A stretch of 32,000 bases of DNA from positions 1,830,001 to 1,862,000 of the forward strand of contig NC_000917.1 in assembly GCF_000008665.1 (NCBI RefSeq), given 5' to 3'. The position numbers and the translations under genes are program-made. This DNA comes from Archaeoglobus fulgidus DSM 4304. GTDB lineage: Archaea > Halobacteriota > Archaeoglobi > Archaeoglobales > Archaeoglobaceae. The first letter of the stretch is position 1. Every line of letters starts with the position of its first letter. Below the pieces are notes generated by a model that worked only from the letters and a program-made list of their open reading frames with translations, had not been told where the DNA came from and did no database searches. Shown here piece after piece: positions 31,849 through 32,000 of this stretch.

Positions 31849-32000
31849 TCATGGGAAGAGTGGTGGAGTTCTGAGTCCAAGGGTTTCGTCGAACCCCATC
31901 ATCAGGTTCATGTTCTGAACCGCCTGCCCCGAAGCCCCCTTCACGAGGTTGTCGATTGCGGAAACAACTACAACCCTGTCTTCTCCGGGATGGATGGAGA
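31849..32000 (-). CDS. argC: N-acetyl-gamma-glutamyl-phosphate reductase, C-terminal fragment (the gene continues beyond the window)
   Basis: Hand translation of the minus strand: '...[49 protein letters not shown]'. '[18 protein letters not shown]' is the ArgC C-terminal signature. Confidence 0.75.
   Translation of the reverse strand, partial: SIHPGEDRVVVVSAIDNLVKGASGQAVQNMNLMMGFDETLGLRTPPLFP

Overview
This window looks like a chromosomal core region of a hyperthermophilic euryarchaeon. Gene order and protein sequences resemble Archaeoglobus fulgidus, but that is recognition from memory and was not verified. The window is almost entirely coding. I call 40 CDS (one weak, one partial) and one tRNA-Gly(CCC). 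I see no CRISPR array, IS element, integrase or recognisable defence genes.

Gene content:
- Left third: a 4xPAS sensor, an acyl-CoA synthetase, an M24 peptidase, serS, heme O synthase, an eIF2B-like ribose-1,5-bisphosphate isomerase, an NFACT/Rqc2 homologue coupled to an m5C RNA methyltransferase, and a TctA/DUF112 membrane protein.
- Middle: tRNA-Gly followed by a low-GC membrane-protein islet, then pyrH. A minus-strand string follows: ThyA-like, archaeosortase-family, psd, pssA. After it come a sequon-rich membrane protein, Clp1 kinase, YjbQ and RlmE.
- Right third: a four-subunit 2-oxoacid:ferredoxin oxidoreductase, tatA, an acyl-CoA dehydrogenase and a DUF373 protein. It ends with a 12-gene minus-strand string: yhbY-like, S19e, PDCD5-like, L39e, L31e, aIF6, LX, prefoldin alpha, ftsY, cofC, rfcS, taw3.

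Two ribosomal protein genes, L39e and LX, are shorter than the ORF-track cutoff and were recovered by hand translation.

Most interesting observations:
1. An archaeosortase-family gene is translationally coupled to archaetidylserine decarboxylase and synthase.
2. A single polypeptide carries two ThyA-like halves, and only the second keeps the catalytic Cys.
3. A 115-codon stop-free frame overlaps the pssA 3' end and has no canonical start in its first 54 codons.
4. A protein with 12 N-glycosylation sequons is translationally coupled to RNA-modification genes and lies behind a perfect 14-bp palindrome.
5. Translation and transcription signals are strikingly regular: TATA box plus 20-23 nt to the start codon at first genes, and UGA stop codons embedded in Shine-Dalgarno motifs at internal junctions.

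All functional calls rest on motif-level recognition by eye. No database search was run.
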